64,000 nucleotides of DNA from an uncultured cyanobacterium (GTDB taxonomy: Bacteria; Cyanobacteriota; Cyanobacteriia; Cyanobacteriales; Cyanobacteriaceae). The stretch covers positions 416,001 through 480,000 of the forward strand of contig CAVVOP010000021.1 of NCBI GenBank assembly GCA_963749915.1, written 5' to 3'. The translations under genes were made by a program, and so were the position numbers. Positions 1 through 10,505 of the stretch are shown piece by piece. The notes under the pieces are model-generated. The model did no database searches and had not been told where the DNA came from. It saw only the letters and a program-made list of their open reading frames with translations. Positions within the stretch are counted from its first letter, which is position 1. Each line of letters opens with the position of its first letter.

Positions 1-66
1 GAAGAAGTGGAGAAAAAATGGTCAATTTTGTTACATCCTGAAGTTAAATTATTAGGACAATTTTAA
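1..66 (+). CDS. murB: 3' end of UDP-N-acetylenolpyruvoylglucosamine reductase (partial, runs off window)
   Basis: Frame 1 reads EEVEKKWSILLHPEVKLLGQF*, matching the MurB C-terminal L-x-P-E-V-K-x-x-G pattern. Confidence 0.7.
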   Translation, partial: EEVEKKWSILLHPEVKLLGQF

Positions 67-190
67 ATAATTTTGGCTCTTCCAGACTAGTGGTAGACTA
101 GTTATGATAAAAGCAGAGGGCAATAGGCAATAGTAATTCGTTATTCTATTTTTCCCAATTACAAGTAACTTGCCTACTATTTCCCAAAAT

Positions 191-1435
191 TTAGGTGCCG
201 ACAAAATTCATAGTGGTAGTGATGCGTTTCATGGCTTCGATGACGTTTTCCCGACTGTTAAAGGCACTAAGACGGAAATAACCTTCTCCTGCGGCACCAA
301 AACCAGATCCAGGCGTGCCGACTACATTAACATTATGTAATAATTTGTCAAAGAAATCCCAACTAGATAAACCATTAGGTGTTTTCACCCATACATAAGG
401 TGCATTGACTCCCCCATAAACCTTTAACCCTGCTTTGGTTAATTCTTCTCGAATAATTTGGGCATTTTCTAAATAAAATTTGACTAATTCCGCAATCTGT
501 CGTTTACCCTCTTGGGAATAAACTGCTTCCGCTCCTCGTTGTACAATATAAGAAACACCATTAAATTTAGTGGATTGCCGACGATTCCAGAGTTTCCACA
601 ATTCTACATTAGCACCATCTTCTGCTTTTCCTGTTAAATTTTTAGGTACAACGGTTAAAGCACAACGAGTACCGGTAAACCCTGCGTTCTTAGAAAATGA
701 ACGAAATTCGATGGCACAATCCTTCGCCCCTTCAATTTCGTAGATAGAATGAGGCAAACTGGGATCGGTGATAAAGGCTTCATAGGCCGCATCGAAGAGA
801 ATAATCGCCTCGTGTTTTTTGGCATATTTCACCCATGATTGTAAATACTCTTTAGTGGCGATGGCACCTGTGGGATTATTAGGGAAACAAAGATAAATCA
901 AATCGACGGCTTCTGTGGGTAACTCAGCCGTGAAATTATTTTCGGCACTGATGGGGAGATAAACTAAGCCTTCGTACTCTCCTTTTTCATTAGCATCCCC
1001 CGTATGTCCAGCCATGACGTTAGTATCCACATAAACGGGGTAAACAGGGTCAGTTACAGCAATTTTGTTATTTTTGCCAAAAATATCGAGAATATTACCC
1101 GTATCGCACTTAGAACCATCGGAGATAAAGATTTCATCGGTGGATACATCACATCCTCTACTTTGAAAATCATGTTCAGCGATTTTTTCCCTTAACCAAC
1201 CGTAACCCTGTTCAGGTCCATAACCCTTAAAACTATTCCGATGGCCCATGTCTTCTACGGCTTTAATCATAGCATCACGACAAGCTTGAGGTAAAGGTTC
1301 GGTAACATCACCAATGCCTAATCTGATAATATTAGCGTTGGGGTTTTCTTGGGCAAAAACATTGACTCGTCTTGCGATTTCGGGGAATAAATAACCAGCC
1401 TTCAATTTTAAGTAATTATCGTTAATTCTAGCCAT
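191..1435 (-). CDS. dapL: LL-diaminopimelate aminotransferase
   Basis: GYLFPEI N-terminus, [19 protein letters not shown]-lysine motif [12 protein letters not shown]. Confidence 0.97.
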   Translation of the reverse strand: MARINDNYLKLKAGYLFPEIARRVNVFAQENPNANIIRLGIGDVTEPLPQACRDAMIKAVEDMGHRNSFKGYGPEQGYGWLREKIAEHDFQSRGCDVSTDEIFISDGSKCDTGNILDIFGKNNKIAVTDPVYPVYVDTNVMAGHTGDANEKGEYEGLVYLPISAENNFTAELPTEAVDLIYLCFPNNPTGAIATKEYLQSWVKYAKKHEAIILFDAAYEAFITDPSLPHSIYEIEGAKDCAIEFRSFSKNAGFTGTRCALTVVPKNLTGKAEDGANVELWKLWNRRQSTKFNGVSYIVQRGAEAVYSQEGKRQIAELVKFYLENAQIIREELTKAGLKVYGGVNAPYVWVKTPNGLSSWDFFDKLLHNVNVVGTPGSGFGAAGEGYFRLSAFNSRENVIEAMKRITTTMNFVGT

Positions 1436-1492
1436 TATGAATATATGTTAAGGTTATCCCCACCAGTTTATCATTATGGGGAAAGGTTGCTG

Positions 1493-1573
1493 GATTAAAG
1501 AAGGCAGTCCCCATGAAAAAAAATTTTCACCATCAGAGATGAAAGTTGGCACTTTCAAGGCAGGAGGCAGGAG
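1493..1573 (+). repeat. 81-bp dispersed repeat, copy 1
   Basis: 78/81 identical to 2930-3010; contains hairpin TGAAAGT-tggc-ACTTTCA. Confidence 0.9.
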
Positions 1574-1702
1574 GGAAAATTTTTAGACCACGAAAAAAGC
1601 CTTCTGCCTCGCCCGAAGGGCAGTTAAAAATAACCCCTAATTAAACAATTTTAGTTAAAATATCTTTTAGTTTTAGACAATTTTTATAATTTTATCTTAC
1701 CA

Positions 1703-2935
1703 ATGATTAACAGTTCATTCTTGATGGCTATGGCGATCGCTTTAATGTCTATGATATGGGTAGAATTGGTGAGAGACTGCTATCATTATTTAGCACATAT
1801 TTGGCAACCTTTGTATCGTTTACATTCATGGCATCATCGAGTATTTAAACCGGATTTATCTGTCAACAGCGAAACCATTTATCGTCAAGCCCACTGGTAT
1901 AACGATGTGCCGGAATCAATGGTCATGTTATTATTTAGTTTTGGTTTTGTGGCCATAGTTTTAACTCAGGGATTAATTGCCGTAGAATATCAGTGGTTGG
2001 CATGGATAGGATCAGTTTATACTTTAACCTTTACTGGGGGTGCGATCGCAAGGGGATTGGGGGTACCTCACGCAGACGAAATTACAGATGTTACCCACCG
2101 TCAAGGAGATTTTACCAGTATTCCTGCTAATTGGTTCGTGAATCGTTCATATCATTGGCGACATCATTTCGACGATCAAAACGCCTATTTTTGCGGTACA
2201 TTAACCATAGTCGATCGTATCATGGGCACGGCTTTGTCTTTAAAAGGTAAAAAAATCGCCGTCACTGGTGCCAGTGGGACATTAGGACGGGCATTAATTA
2301 AACAATTATATTTAAAAGGGGCAAAAGTTACCGCTCTGACATCTCAAGATCAAGAATTATTTATTAATTGTAAAAATGAGCAAATTCCCCTTAAAACTGT
2401 TATTTGGAAAATAGGAGAAGAATCTAGTTTAATTCCTATTTTCGAGAAAATAGATATTTTAATCATCAATCATGGCATTAACGTTCACGGAGAAAAAACT
2501 CCAGAAGCCATCGAAAAATCCTACGAAATTAACGCTTTTTCTGGTTGGCGTTTAATGGAATTTTTCTTAAAAACCGTGCAAAATAATAAAGACAAAGCCA
2601 CAAAAGAAATTTGGGTAAACACCTCCGAAGCCGAGGTAAACCCGGCCTTTAGTCCTCTTTATGAAATGAGTAAACGCACAATGGGAGATTTAGTCACCCT
2701 CAAACGAGTTAACCCCCCTTGTGTGATTCGTAAACTAATATTAGGCCCTTTTAAAAGTAACCTTAACCCCATTGGCATCATGGCGGCGGATTGGGTGGCT
2801 AAGCAAATTGTTAACTTAGCGGTGAGGGATTTCCGGGATATTATTATCACTATAAATCCTTTGACTTATATCACTTTCCCTTTTAAAGAATTGCTAATGT
2901 CAGCTTACTTTAAAGTCCTAACAAAGGATGATTAA
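1703..2935 (+). CDS. Bifunctional sterol desaturase-like / short-chain dehydrogenase
   Basis: N-terminal His boxes (HYLAH, HSWHH, HWRHH) fused to an SDR domain (VTGASGTLG, YEMSK). Confidence 0.9.
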   Translation: MINSSFLMAMAIALMSMIWVELVRDCYHYLAHIWQPLYRLHSWHHRVFKPDLSVNSETIYRQAHWYNDVPESMVMLLFSFGFVAIVLTQGLIAVEYQWLAWIGSVYTLTFTGGAIARGLGVPHADEITDVTHRQGDFTSIPANWFVNRSYHWRHHFDDQNAYFCGTLTIVDRIMGTALSLKGKKIAVTGASGTLGRALIKQLYLKGAKVTALTSQDQELFINCKNEQIPLKTVIWKIGEESSLIPIFEKIDILIINHGINVHGEKTPEAIEKSYEINAFSGWRLMEFFLKTVQNNKDKATKEIWVNTSEAEVNPAFSPLYEMSKRTMGDLVTLKRVNPPCVIRKLILGPFKSNLNPIGIMAADWVAKQIVNLAVRDFRDIIITINPLTYITFPFKELLMSAYFKVLTKDD

Positions 2936-3010
2936 AGAAGGCAGTCTCCATGAAAAAAAATTTTCATCATCAGAGATGAAAGTTGGCACTTTCAAGTCAG
3001 GAGGCAGGAG
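2930..3010 (+). repeat. 81-bp dispersed repeat, copy 2
   Basis: Direct repeat of 1493-1573; contains the last codon and TAA stop (2933-2935) of the preceding gene. Confidence 0.9.
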
Positions 3011-3039
3011 GAGGGCTAGCCTTTCGGGTGTAGGTTTTT

Positions 3040-3199
3040 AATATTTGGGCGAAGGTGAGACTTGGAAGAGGGGGAAGAGGGGGAAGATGGGGAAGACGGG
3101 GGAGAAAGTGTCAGATTTTAACGGATTTTTATATATTTTTAGCTTTTTTAAGTATAAATGCTTAAACAGCAAGCCTTTCAACCTTACTCGGCAAAATCT
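3040..3199. mobile_element. Possible degenerate MITE remnant with purine-rich 9-mer tandem repeats
   Basis: GAAGA(G/T/C)GGG repeats at ~3066-3102; ends in TTACTCGGCAAAATCT, 12/16 identical to the end motif at 32277. Confidence 0.35.
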
Positions 3200-3383
3200 C
3201 GGTAATTCCACCAGTTGACAATGACTTTAGAGAAAGCTATCATCGTGGAAGAATAAGTTCAACAGTAGTTGATAGTCTGAATATAAAAATTTACTATCTA
3301 AGTTGATATTCACTTTCGCAGAAACTGTTGGGACTATTCTTCAAGTTATTAATCTGTACAATTCTTAGAAAACGGAACAAAAA

Positions 3384-4018
3384 ATGTCTAACAAATCATT
3401 CTTCAACACTAGGGTCGCAGTAGGGGCAATGGCTCTTGGTTTAGCTACCACAGCTTCTTTAATGGCTCAAAATCCTGCTGAAGCGGCAAATCTAAAATTT
3501 GTGGTCGATGGTACTTTTTTTGGTGGGGGAAGATCTTACAGGGAGTTTTCTCTATGACACCACTGCTGACACATACTCCAGCTGGAACTTAAGAAGTACC
3601 GCTGATACTATTTCTCAGGCCTCAGGTGATCTTGCGAATCCTTTTACCTACACCGAAACCTCAGCTCCTATTCCCAGTGGACTTAATAGTGCAACTCAAT
3701 TCTCTGTTCGTACAGGGAATTCCCCGACTCCTCGCCGAATTTTAAACTTATTCTTCGCTGATTCTTTAGCCGGTTTAAGTGTTGGTGACACCACTACTTT
3801 AATTCCATACGCCCTTGATGATGAGACGGGTGCTATTAGTGGTTCTAGAGATGCCTATTTTGCAGCCTGGGTTAAATCAAACAGCTGGTGTATTCGGTGG
3901 TACGCTTACTGCTACTGCCATCCCCGAACCCTTAACCATTTTAGGCACTTTCTTAGCCGGTGGTATTGGTGTGGGCATGAAGAGAAAGAAACAACAATTA
4001 GAAAAAGAAACCTGTTAA
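3384..4018 (+). pseudogene. PEP-CTERM sorting domain surface protein split by two +1 frameshifts
   Basis: Signal peptide MSNKSFFNTRVAVGAMALGLATTASLMAQNPAEAA from 3384; middle part in the 3499 frame; IPEPLTILGTFLAGGIGVGMKRKK tail in the 3815 frame. Confidence 0.8.
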
Positions 4019-4299
4019 TTGATTAGTTAATTCTAAATCTTTTGTTAGGTGATGTATTTTTGATGATTAAGATGCTTTAAGAAATAAAATATTAAAGCAC
4101 TTAAATCGCAATTTCTGCTCAGTGCAAGTTTAATTTGTGTTGATCATAATAAAGGGGACTCAGAAGACCAATAAGTCTAAGTTTCCTCATTTTTTTTGAT
4201 CTTAAAAACGACTCTCTGGAGGGTAATTTAGAATAAAGACATGAAGAATTTAAAATAAAAATCAGCAAAGCCTAAATATGTTGTCAGTTTCTGTTTTAT

Positions 4300-5175
4300 C
4301 TATACTCGACGAGATAATGATAAATTGGCGATGGAAAGTATAAGAATAAAGACAAATAAGACTAAACCCATAGAAGAAGCATAACTAATATCTAACTCCT
4401 TAAAAGCCTTCTCGTAAAGATAGAAAACGATGGTTTTAGTGGCATTGCGAGGACCACCTTGAGTTAAAAGATAAATCTCCTCAAATACTTTTGTGGCACT
4501 AAGGGCAGAAATAACCGCCACGAGAAATATATAAGGTTTCATTAAGGGAATGGTGATATCCCAGTGTTTTTGCCAACCGTCAGAACCTTCGATGGCCGCC
4601 GCTTCGTATAATTCTGGTGATATACCCTGTAATCCTGCCAAATAAATAACCATGTAATATCCCAATCCCTTCCACACCGTAACAACCATCACACTCCATA
4701 TGGCCCAATCAGGACTCGTTAGCCAGGGAATGCCCTGCTCAAAACCGAAACTAAGCCAAAATTGGTTTAAAATACCATTTGACCAGTAAATTGCCTTCCA
4801 TGCTATTCCAGCCACCACCATAGAAATAACTACAGGTGTATAATAAGCTGTGCGAAACCAGTTAATCCCTTTAATTTTTTGATTGACTAAAATGGCTAAA
4901 AATAAGGATAAAATCACCAAAGGAGGCACCACCCCCACTAAATAGATGAGGGTATTTATCACCGCTTGACGGAATACTTTATCTTGGGATAATCGTTCAA
5001 AATTTGCCCAGCCTATCCATTGAGGTGCTTGGGTTAAGTCATACTCAAAACGGGTAAAACTAAGGGAAAAGGCTTGTATGGCAGGAAGAAAAACGATAAT
5101 CGATAAAACAATTAACGCCGGAAGTAAAAATAAATAAGGCTGTATTTTCCGGGGAAAATGAAAATTCTTGATCAT
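4300..5175 (-). CDS. Sugar ABC transporter permease (LacF/MalF-like)
   Basis: Multiple TM helices; EAA loop LYEAAAIEGS. Confidence 0.92.
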   Translation of the reverse strand: MIKNFHFPRKIQPYLFLLPALIVLSIIVFLPAIQAFSLSFTRFEYDLTQAPQWIGWANFERLSQDKVFRQAVINTLIYLVGVVPPLVILSLFLAILVNQKIKGINWFRTAYYTPVVISMVVAGIAWKAIYWSNGILNQFWLSFGFEQGIPWLTSPDWAIWSVMVVTVWKGLGYYMVIYLAGLQGISPELYEAAAIEGSDGWQKHWDITIPLMKPYIFLVAVISALSATKVFEEIYLLTQGGPRNATKTIVFYLYEKAFKELDISYASSMGLVLFVFILILSIANLSLSRRV

Positions 5176-5198
5176 AACTGTTAATTGTCAATTATCAA

Positions 5199-5999
5199 CT
5201 AACTGTTAATTAAATTTTGACCGTCAAAAACCCTGATCAAAGTACCTTTGGGGGGTAAATCTTGGGGTTTAACGGTGAGACGAGTACCTTGAATAATTTT
5301 GACATTAATCTCTGCTTCCTTCGCTAAATCCACAAATCTCTGCACTCCTTGTAAATCACATTGATCTGCCTCTGTGGCGCCAGTTAAATATTGAGTAGGA
5401 ATCATAATTTTCGGATTTAGGACTTTGATGGCTTCGATGGCTTCTTCAGCATTATAGGCTTTTGCACCACCGCCAACAGGCATTAAAGCTACATCAGGAG
5501 TTCCCATCAAGATTTTTTGCTCAATATTAATAGGTGAGGCGATACCCCCCAAATGCAAAATTTTTATTCCTCCTTGGGTCCATTTCCAAACGATGTTATC
5601 TCCAAATCTTCTACCTTTTTCTCGATCGTGAAAGGTTTTTATTCCCTGAAACTCAATATTTTTGACGTTGTAAACCCCTGCTTCCACCATTAATTCAGGA
5701 TTATTCGGCAAACCTGCCGCCGAACCTTCATCTAATAAACGGCTACTAATCATTACTAAATCGACTTGGGGTTTAGGTGCGGGATATTGGGCAGTACAAC
5801 CTAGAGGATTAAAAGGATTTACTAACACTCTCGCCTGATTATTAGCAAAAACAAAGGCACTATGACCCAACCACTGAATGGCAACACCCTGAGATGTATT
5901 TTGGGCCATCGCTTGTTGAGGGTGAGAATATCTGGCGGTTAAAAGAGTGGTTAAGACTCCACAACCGGTTAAACGAATCCAGTCACGACGATTAATCAT
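5199..5999 (-). CDS. Metallo-beta-lactamase-fold hydrolase with Tat signal
   Basis: NRRDWI twin-arginine leader, WLGHSAF, ILHLGG, IMIPTQY. Confidence 0.85.
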   Translation of the reverse strand: MINRRDWIRLTGCGVLTTLLTARYSHPQQAMAQNTSQGVAIQWLGHSAFVFANNQARVLVNPFNPLGCTAQYPAPKPQVDLVMISSRLLDEGSAAGLPNNPELMVEAGVYNVKNIEFQGIKTFHDREKGRRFGDNIVWKWTQGGIKILHLGGIASPINIEQKILMGTPDVALMPVGGGAKAYNAEEAIEAIKVLNPKIMIPTQYLTGATEADQCDLQGVQRFVDLAKEAEINVKIIQGTRLTVKPQDLPPKGTLIRVFDGQNLINS

Positions 6000-6061
6000 A
6001 TTAAATAGCTAAACAAAGGTCAAAACACAAAAGACGATTATTAATTGTTAATTGTTCACGG

Positions 6062-6655
6062 TCAATTATTAATAGATAGAAGAAAATTGCGTAATAATTG
6101 TAACCCAGAATCCGTTAAGATGCTCTCGGGATGGAACTGTACTCCTTCCACAAAAGAGTACTCTTTATGCTTAACACCCATGATAATTCCGTCATCTGTC
6201 CAAGCAGTTATTTCTAAAACTGGCGGAATGGTATCTTTGTCAATAATTAAACTATGATAGCGAGTAGCGGCAAAGGGATTTTTGAGGTCTTTAAATACCC
6301 CTAGGTTATTGTGATTGATGAGAGATGTTTTACCGTGCATTAAACTAGGCGCAGAAACTACTTTTCCCCCGTAGGCTTGACCGATAGTTTGATGTCCTAA
6401 ACACACTCCTAGGATAGGGTAATCTTGACCCAATTTTTGGACTAATTCTAAACAAATTCCTGCCGAATCGGGATTTCCCGGACCGGGTGAGATAACAATA
6501 CCATCAGGATTAAGGTTAATTATTTCTGTTACTGTAATTTGATCATTACGATACACTTTGATTTCTTCAGCAACGGAAAATTTCCGACTCAGTTCCCCTA
6601 AGTATTGGACGAGATTATATGTAAAACTGTCGTAGTTGTCGATAACCAAAATCAA
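6062..6655 (-). CDS. trpG: Anthranilate/aminodeoxychorismate synthase component II (glutamine amidotransferase)
   Basis: IDNYDSFT, SPGPG, GVCLGHQ, RYHSL, QFHPES. Confidence 0.95.
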   Translation of the reverse strand: MILVIDNYDSFTYNLVQYLGELSRKFSVAEEIKVYRNDQITVTEIINLNPDGIVISPGPGNPDSAGICLELVQKLGQDYPILGVCLGHQTIGQAYGGKVVSAPSLMHGKTSLINHNNLGVFKDLKNPFAATRYHSLIIDKDTIPPVLEITAWTDDGIIMGVKHKEYSFVEGVQFHPESILTDSGLQLLRNFLLSINN

Positions 6656-6677
6656 TCTGCTTTCTCCTCTGATAGAT

Positions 6678-7193
6678 TTAGATTGAGATTATTAAGTCTA
6701 TCGTACGAGGTAACAAAATAAAACCTGCTACTAACAAAGCGGCAATGGCAGAGATTAAAACGGCACCAGCAGAACAATCTTTGGCAATTTTTGCTAATTC
6801 ATGATAGGTTTGCTTCACGGTCAGATCCACCACTGATTCGATGGCAGTATTGAGTAATTCTAGAACCATTACAGTGGCACAGGTTAAAGAAATAATTGCC
6901 ATTTCTACGGTGGTAACATGGAGATAAAAACCGAGGCTTATAGCCACAGAAGCTATAACGGTATGAACCCGAAAATTACGCTGAGTTGCAAAAGAATATT
7001 TTACCCCTTGCCAAGCATATTTAAAACTAGCGAATAAATCTGGTGCTACTTTCCAAGCTAAATTACGTTTTTCCTTTTTATGAGAGTGATTCTTCCCCAA
7101 AAAATTATATCTCTCTCCCGACTTTAGGGTTTGTTCAGAAATATCATCACATAGAGCAGATTCTTTATTACTAATTAGTTGATACTTGGACAT
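6678..7193 (-). CDS. dgkA: Diacylglycerol/undecaprenol kinase family protein
   Basis: SFKYAWQG, ELLNTAIESVVD, AKDCSAGAVL. Confidence 0.92.
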   Translation of the reverse strand: MSKYQLISNKESALCDDISEQTLKSGERYNFLGKNHSHKKEKRNLAWKVAPDLFASFKYAWQGVKYSFATQRNFRVHTVIASVAISLGFYLHVTTVEMAIISLTCATVMVLELLNTAIESVVDLTVKQTYHELAKIAKDCSAGAVLISAIAALLVAGFILLPRTIDLIISI

Positions 7194-7357
7194 TTTATTA
7201 AGTTTTGTTGAATAGTTTTTGATCGATTCTTCAGTATAAGCGGATCTTGGATTATTTACACACTGATGATGAAATTCTAGCTATTATTTTTCCTTAATAA
7301 ATATTTATTTTTTTTATCTTTTTTATAAGATTGATAAATAATACTAATTATCACCCA

Positions 7358-7876
7358 TCAAGAGAAAAAATCAGCGATTACTGGAGATTTTAAACCGATG
7401 GAATTAAGAAGAAACTCTTGCTTTCTCAGCATTTTCCTAAGAGAATCATCATCGGGATGATCCCACCCTAGAAGATGTAAAAAACCATGACTAGCTAACC
7501 ATGCCAATTCAATTTTTAAAGAATGTTTTTGCAATTGTGCCTGTTTTTGGGCAGTTTGTACGGAAATGATAATATCACCAAGAGTCACAGAGTCTATCAA
7601 ATCACTATCAGGAAAATCTGTTTCCAAGGCAGCAAAAGTTAACACATCCGTTGGCTGATTTTTATGACGAAATTGCTCATTTAAACTTTTAATTTCTTGA
7701 TCATCTGTAAATAAAAGGCTTATTTCATAGATTTTTTGTTTATCTAAGTCAATATCTAGAAGATTTAGCCATTTTTTAAGCCATTTGTGCCACTGTGATC
7801 CATCTATCGGTGATTTTTGATTATTTTCACTAAAAAATAAATCTTCTACATAGAGTTCAAGTTGATATTTGATCAT
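7358..7876 (-). CDS. ybeY: rRNA maturation endoribonuclease
   Basis: PTDVLTF, LGDIIIS, HGFLHLLGWDH. Confidence 0.96.
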   Translation of the reverse strand: MIKYQLELYVEDLFFSENNQKSPIDGSQWHKWLKKWLNLLDIDLDKQKIYEISLLFTDDQEIKSLNEQFRHKNQPTDVLTFAALETDFPDSDLIDSVTLGDIIISVQTAQKQAQLQKHSLKIELAWLASHGFLHLLGWDHPDDDSLRKMLRKQEFLLNSIGLKSPVIADFFS

Positions 7877-7915
7877 AAATTTATCTGTTTTCCGACAGAA
7901 GGTAATCCATAGTGT

Positions 7916-9184
7916 TTAATTGTTAATTGTTTCCCCGTCGCCAACAATAATTTGCTTGAGGGTGGTAAAGGTTTCAAGGCCGATCAATCCTCGACGAATT
8001 CCTTTTTGATTAGATATGCCCAAAAATATTGAATTACCACCTTGTGAATAACGATAAAAACAAGGGGAAGAATTGATATAAACTAAGGCACTGTCGGTTT
8101 CCATGGCAAAAATACGCCCTTCTTGATAGGAGTCGGTAACTAAACAATCAGCATGACCACTACTATATTCATTAATCCATGCGATCGCATCATTTAAGTC
8201 ATCCACCAAACGAAAAGCGATGGTTTTATCTAGGAAAGGTTGACCCCATTGACCGGGTTTAATTAAAGTTAGATATTCAGGAAAATCGGCCACTAAGAAT
8301 TCATCTCCCACAAGGTTAAATTTTTGTTCTTGAAGATGGTTAAACAGTCTGATAATAGAATTAGATTTTTGTTGTTTATTGATTAACACTTTTTCGATAG
8401 CATTGACTCGATCAGGAGTAGTGTTATAACTATCTATGATAACATGTCGAACGAGCTCTAAATTGTGACATAATGACCAGTATAAATAACAATTACCCAT
8501 CGCAGATTTTAACACTGGTACGGTGGCCATGGGAGCGACTTTGTTAACTAAACTAGGTCGGCCATAGGGGATAATTAAATTAAGATATTGATCTTGTGTG
8601 ACTAATTCCTCTATAGAGTAACCTTGTTCTGGGGGTAAAAACTGCACAGACAATGGAGGAAAATCAGCTTCTTCTAAGGCGACTTGTAAAACCTGGGCAA
8701 TAATAGAATTGGTATTACTAGTTTCACTGCTACCTCTTAAAATCAAACTATTGCCAGTTTTGATAGTCAGTCCCGTGGTAATAATCGCTAACTCTGGTAG
8801 GGCTTCATAAATGAAAGCAATAACCCCTAAAGGCATTAATTGGGAGTAATTTTGACAGTAAGTAACTTGATAAGGAGAATTGATTACTTTCTGCAAGGGA
8901 TCTGGTAGTTCTGCTAAAGTTTTTAGTATTTCTACCGTAGATTGAAGTCTTTGAGGAGTTAACTTAAGCCATTCCAAAATTAAATCAGGCACAGCCATTT
9001 CCTTGCTGATTTCTAAATCTAAGGTATTAGCTTGTAAAATATCATCAAAGCATTCTTGGAGCTTTTTCGCCATCTTGAACACAGCCTGAGAGCGTTCAAT
9101 GCCTTTCATACTACCCATTTGTACAAAGGCTTGGTGTGCCTTTTGTACTATAGAAGGAATTGATTGTAAGGGAGTTTGAGTCAT
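7916..9184 (-). CDS. Gamma-glutamyl phosphate reductase-like protein (ProA paralogue lacking the catalytic Cys)
   Basis: PLGVIAFIYE, KTGNSLILRG, SSGHAD, RGLIGLE; usual CNA motif reads VNA. Confidence 0.85.
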   Translation of the reverse strand: MTQTPLQSIPSIVQKAHQAFVQMGSMKGIERSQAVFKMAKKLQECFDDILQANTLDLEISKEMAVPDLILEWLKLTPQRLQSTVEILKTLAELPDPLQKVINSPYQVTYCQNYSQLMPLGVIAFIYEALPELAIITTGLTIKTGNSLILRGSSETSNTNSIIAQVLQVALEEADFPPLSVQFLPPEQGYSIEELVTQDQYLNLIIPYGRPSLVNKVAPMATVPVLKSAMGNCYLYWSLCHNLELVRHVIIDSYNTTPDRVNAIEKVLINKQQKSNSIIRLFNHLQEQKFNLVGDEFLVADFPEYLTLIKPGQWGQPFLDKTIAFRLVDDLNDAIAWINEYSSGHADCLVTDSYQEGRIFAMETDSALVYINSSPCFYRYSQGGNSIFLGISNQKGIRRGLIGLETFTTLKQIIVGDGETINN

Positions 9185-9194
9185 AGTGTTGATG

Positions 9195-9599
9195 TTAACG
9201 GCGAGAGGCTAACCAGAGGGAGAAGCACAGTAAGATCAAGATTGAACCTATAATAACACCAGAAATTAAGTTTGCTCCTACACGAAAGCTTATGAATAGG
9301 GGTGTTGATACCAAAATACAAAAGCAAAAACAGAGAAGACCCCACACAAAAAAACTTTCTTGCCAGGGTTTTTGTGCAGAAATCCAACGTTTTCCACTCC
9401 AGCGCCATCTTTTTTTGTAAGGATAACTCGGATTTAATTGTTCTATATACCCTTCTTTTTCTGCTACCACAAAAATTTGTTGACAGCGATCGCACCCCAT
9501 AGCCTCCGTTAAGATTATAGGTAATAATATTCCTCTGCGACGACAGGGACAAGGATATTTATGGTTTAAATCAATGGGATGGTTTTTTCCTAAACGCAC
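9195..9599 (-). CDS. Cyanobacterial-type membrane protein with Cys-rich N-terminus
   Basis: YPCPCRRRG and CDRCQQIF motifs followed by two TM helices; co-oriented with the downstream genes. Confidence 0.75.
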   Translation of the reverse strand: MRLGKNHPIDLNHKYPCPCRRRGILLPIILTEAMGCDRCQQIFVVAEKEGYIEQLNPSYPYKKRWRWSGKRWISAQKPWQESFFVWGLLCFCFCILVSTPLFISFRVGANLISGVIIGSILILLCFSLWLASRR

Positions 9600-9889
9600 G
9601 ATAAATTCTCAAGTCAAAAAAAAGCTAAATATTAACTACATTATAGAACCCATTTGCTGTCTATGCGATCGCAGCAAACCTCTTTAACATTGACCTAATA
9701 AGGCATAGATTTAAGGGTTTGGAAGACAACTGACTCAACAGAAATTATCCATAAATTAAACCATAGAACTGAAATTAGTAATAATAATTTTGAGTTCCTT
9801 GACTCATTCTACGATTTTTCAAACACACTCTCTCAGGTGAAGTTCAATTCTAACCGATTAATAAAACAAAAGAAGAATTGAAAATTTTC

Positions 9890-9905
9890 TGTTATTAAAG
9901 TTACA
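9890..9905. promoter_or_regulatory. Possible NtcA site
   Basis: TGTTATTAAAGTTACA = TGT-N10-ACA, one mismatch to GTA-N8-TAC; about 70 bp upstream of the 9974 ORF. Confidence 0.4.
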
Positions 9906-9973
9906 AAAATGAAGAAATTTGTCCAGAAGATCTTAAAATTAAAGTAGATGATAATATAACGAGGTATCTTTTA

Positions 9974-10192
9974 ATGAGCACAGAAAATAAGGCCAGAGAA
10001 CTAATGGCAAAACAAAGACTCCATGAACAGCATGGGGAGGAAAACTTGTTGTCCTTAACGGAACAAGAATTACATGATCATCATTCTCAAAATGTAGAAG
10101 AAAAGGCGAGAGAGTTATTGGCCGAAAATCGCCAACATGACCACAATCTAGATGAAAAAATGGTTTCCCGTGCTGAACAAGAGTTAGTGTAA
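9974..10192 (+). CDS. Small protein with two repeats resembling the N-terminal helix of GS inactivating factor IF7
   Basis: GAGG RBS; repeats KARELMAKQR...LLSLTEQEL and KARELLAENR...MVSRAEQEL. Confidence 0.65.
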   Translation: MSTENKARELMAKQRLHEQHGEENLLSLTEQELHDHHSQNVEEKARELLAENRQHDHNLDEKMVSRAEQELV

Positions 10193-10364
10193 CAATTGGC
10201 AATTAGCAATTAACCATTAGTCATTAGCCGTTAGGAGTTAGGAATTGTAGATAGTACTGGCAACAAATATACAAATATATTTAAGTACTTGCAATTAAAT
10301 ACCCCCATTTTGTCAAACTCCAAAAACAAACAATTACAATTTATAAATTTTAAAAGTATTGTAT

Positions 10365-10407
10365 CTTAGGTGATCAAGCAGTTGTAGCCTTTGCCTGATC
10401 ACCTAAG
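10365..10407. promoter_or_regulatory. 12-bp perfect inverted repeat (operator or hairpin)
   Basis: CTTAGGTGATCA...TGATCACCTAAG about 100 bp upstream of the 10506 ORF. Confidence 0.6.
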
Positions 10408-10505
10408 GAAGAAAAGAAATTAGAAACCCTGCATATTTTCACAAGATCCTCTGGATGTACTATCTATAAAGCCCTAGTCGAAATCAAGTAGAGATAATAG
10501 TACAT

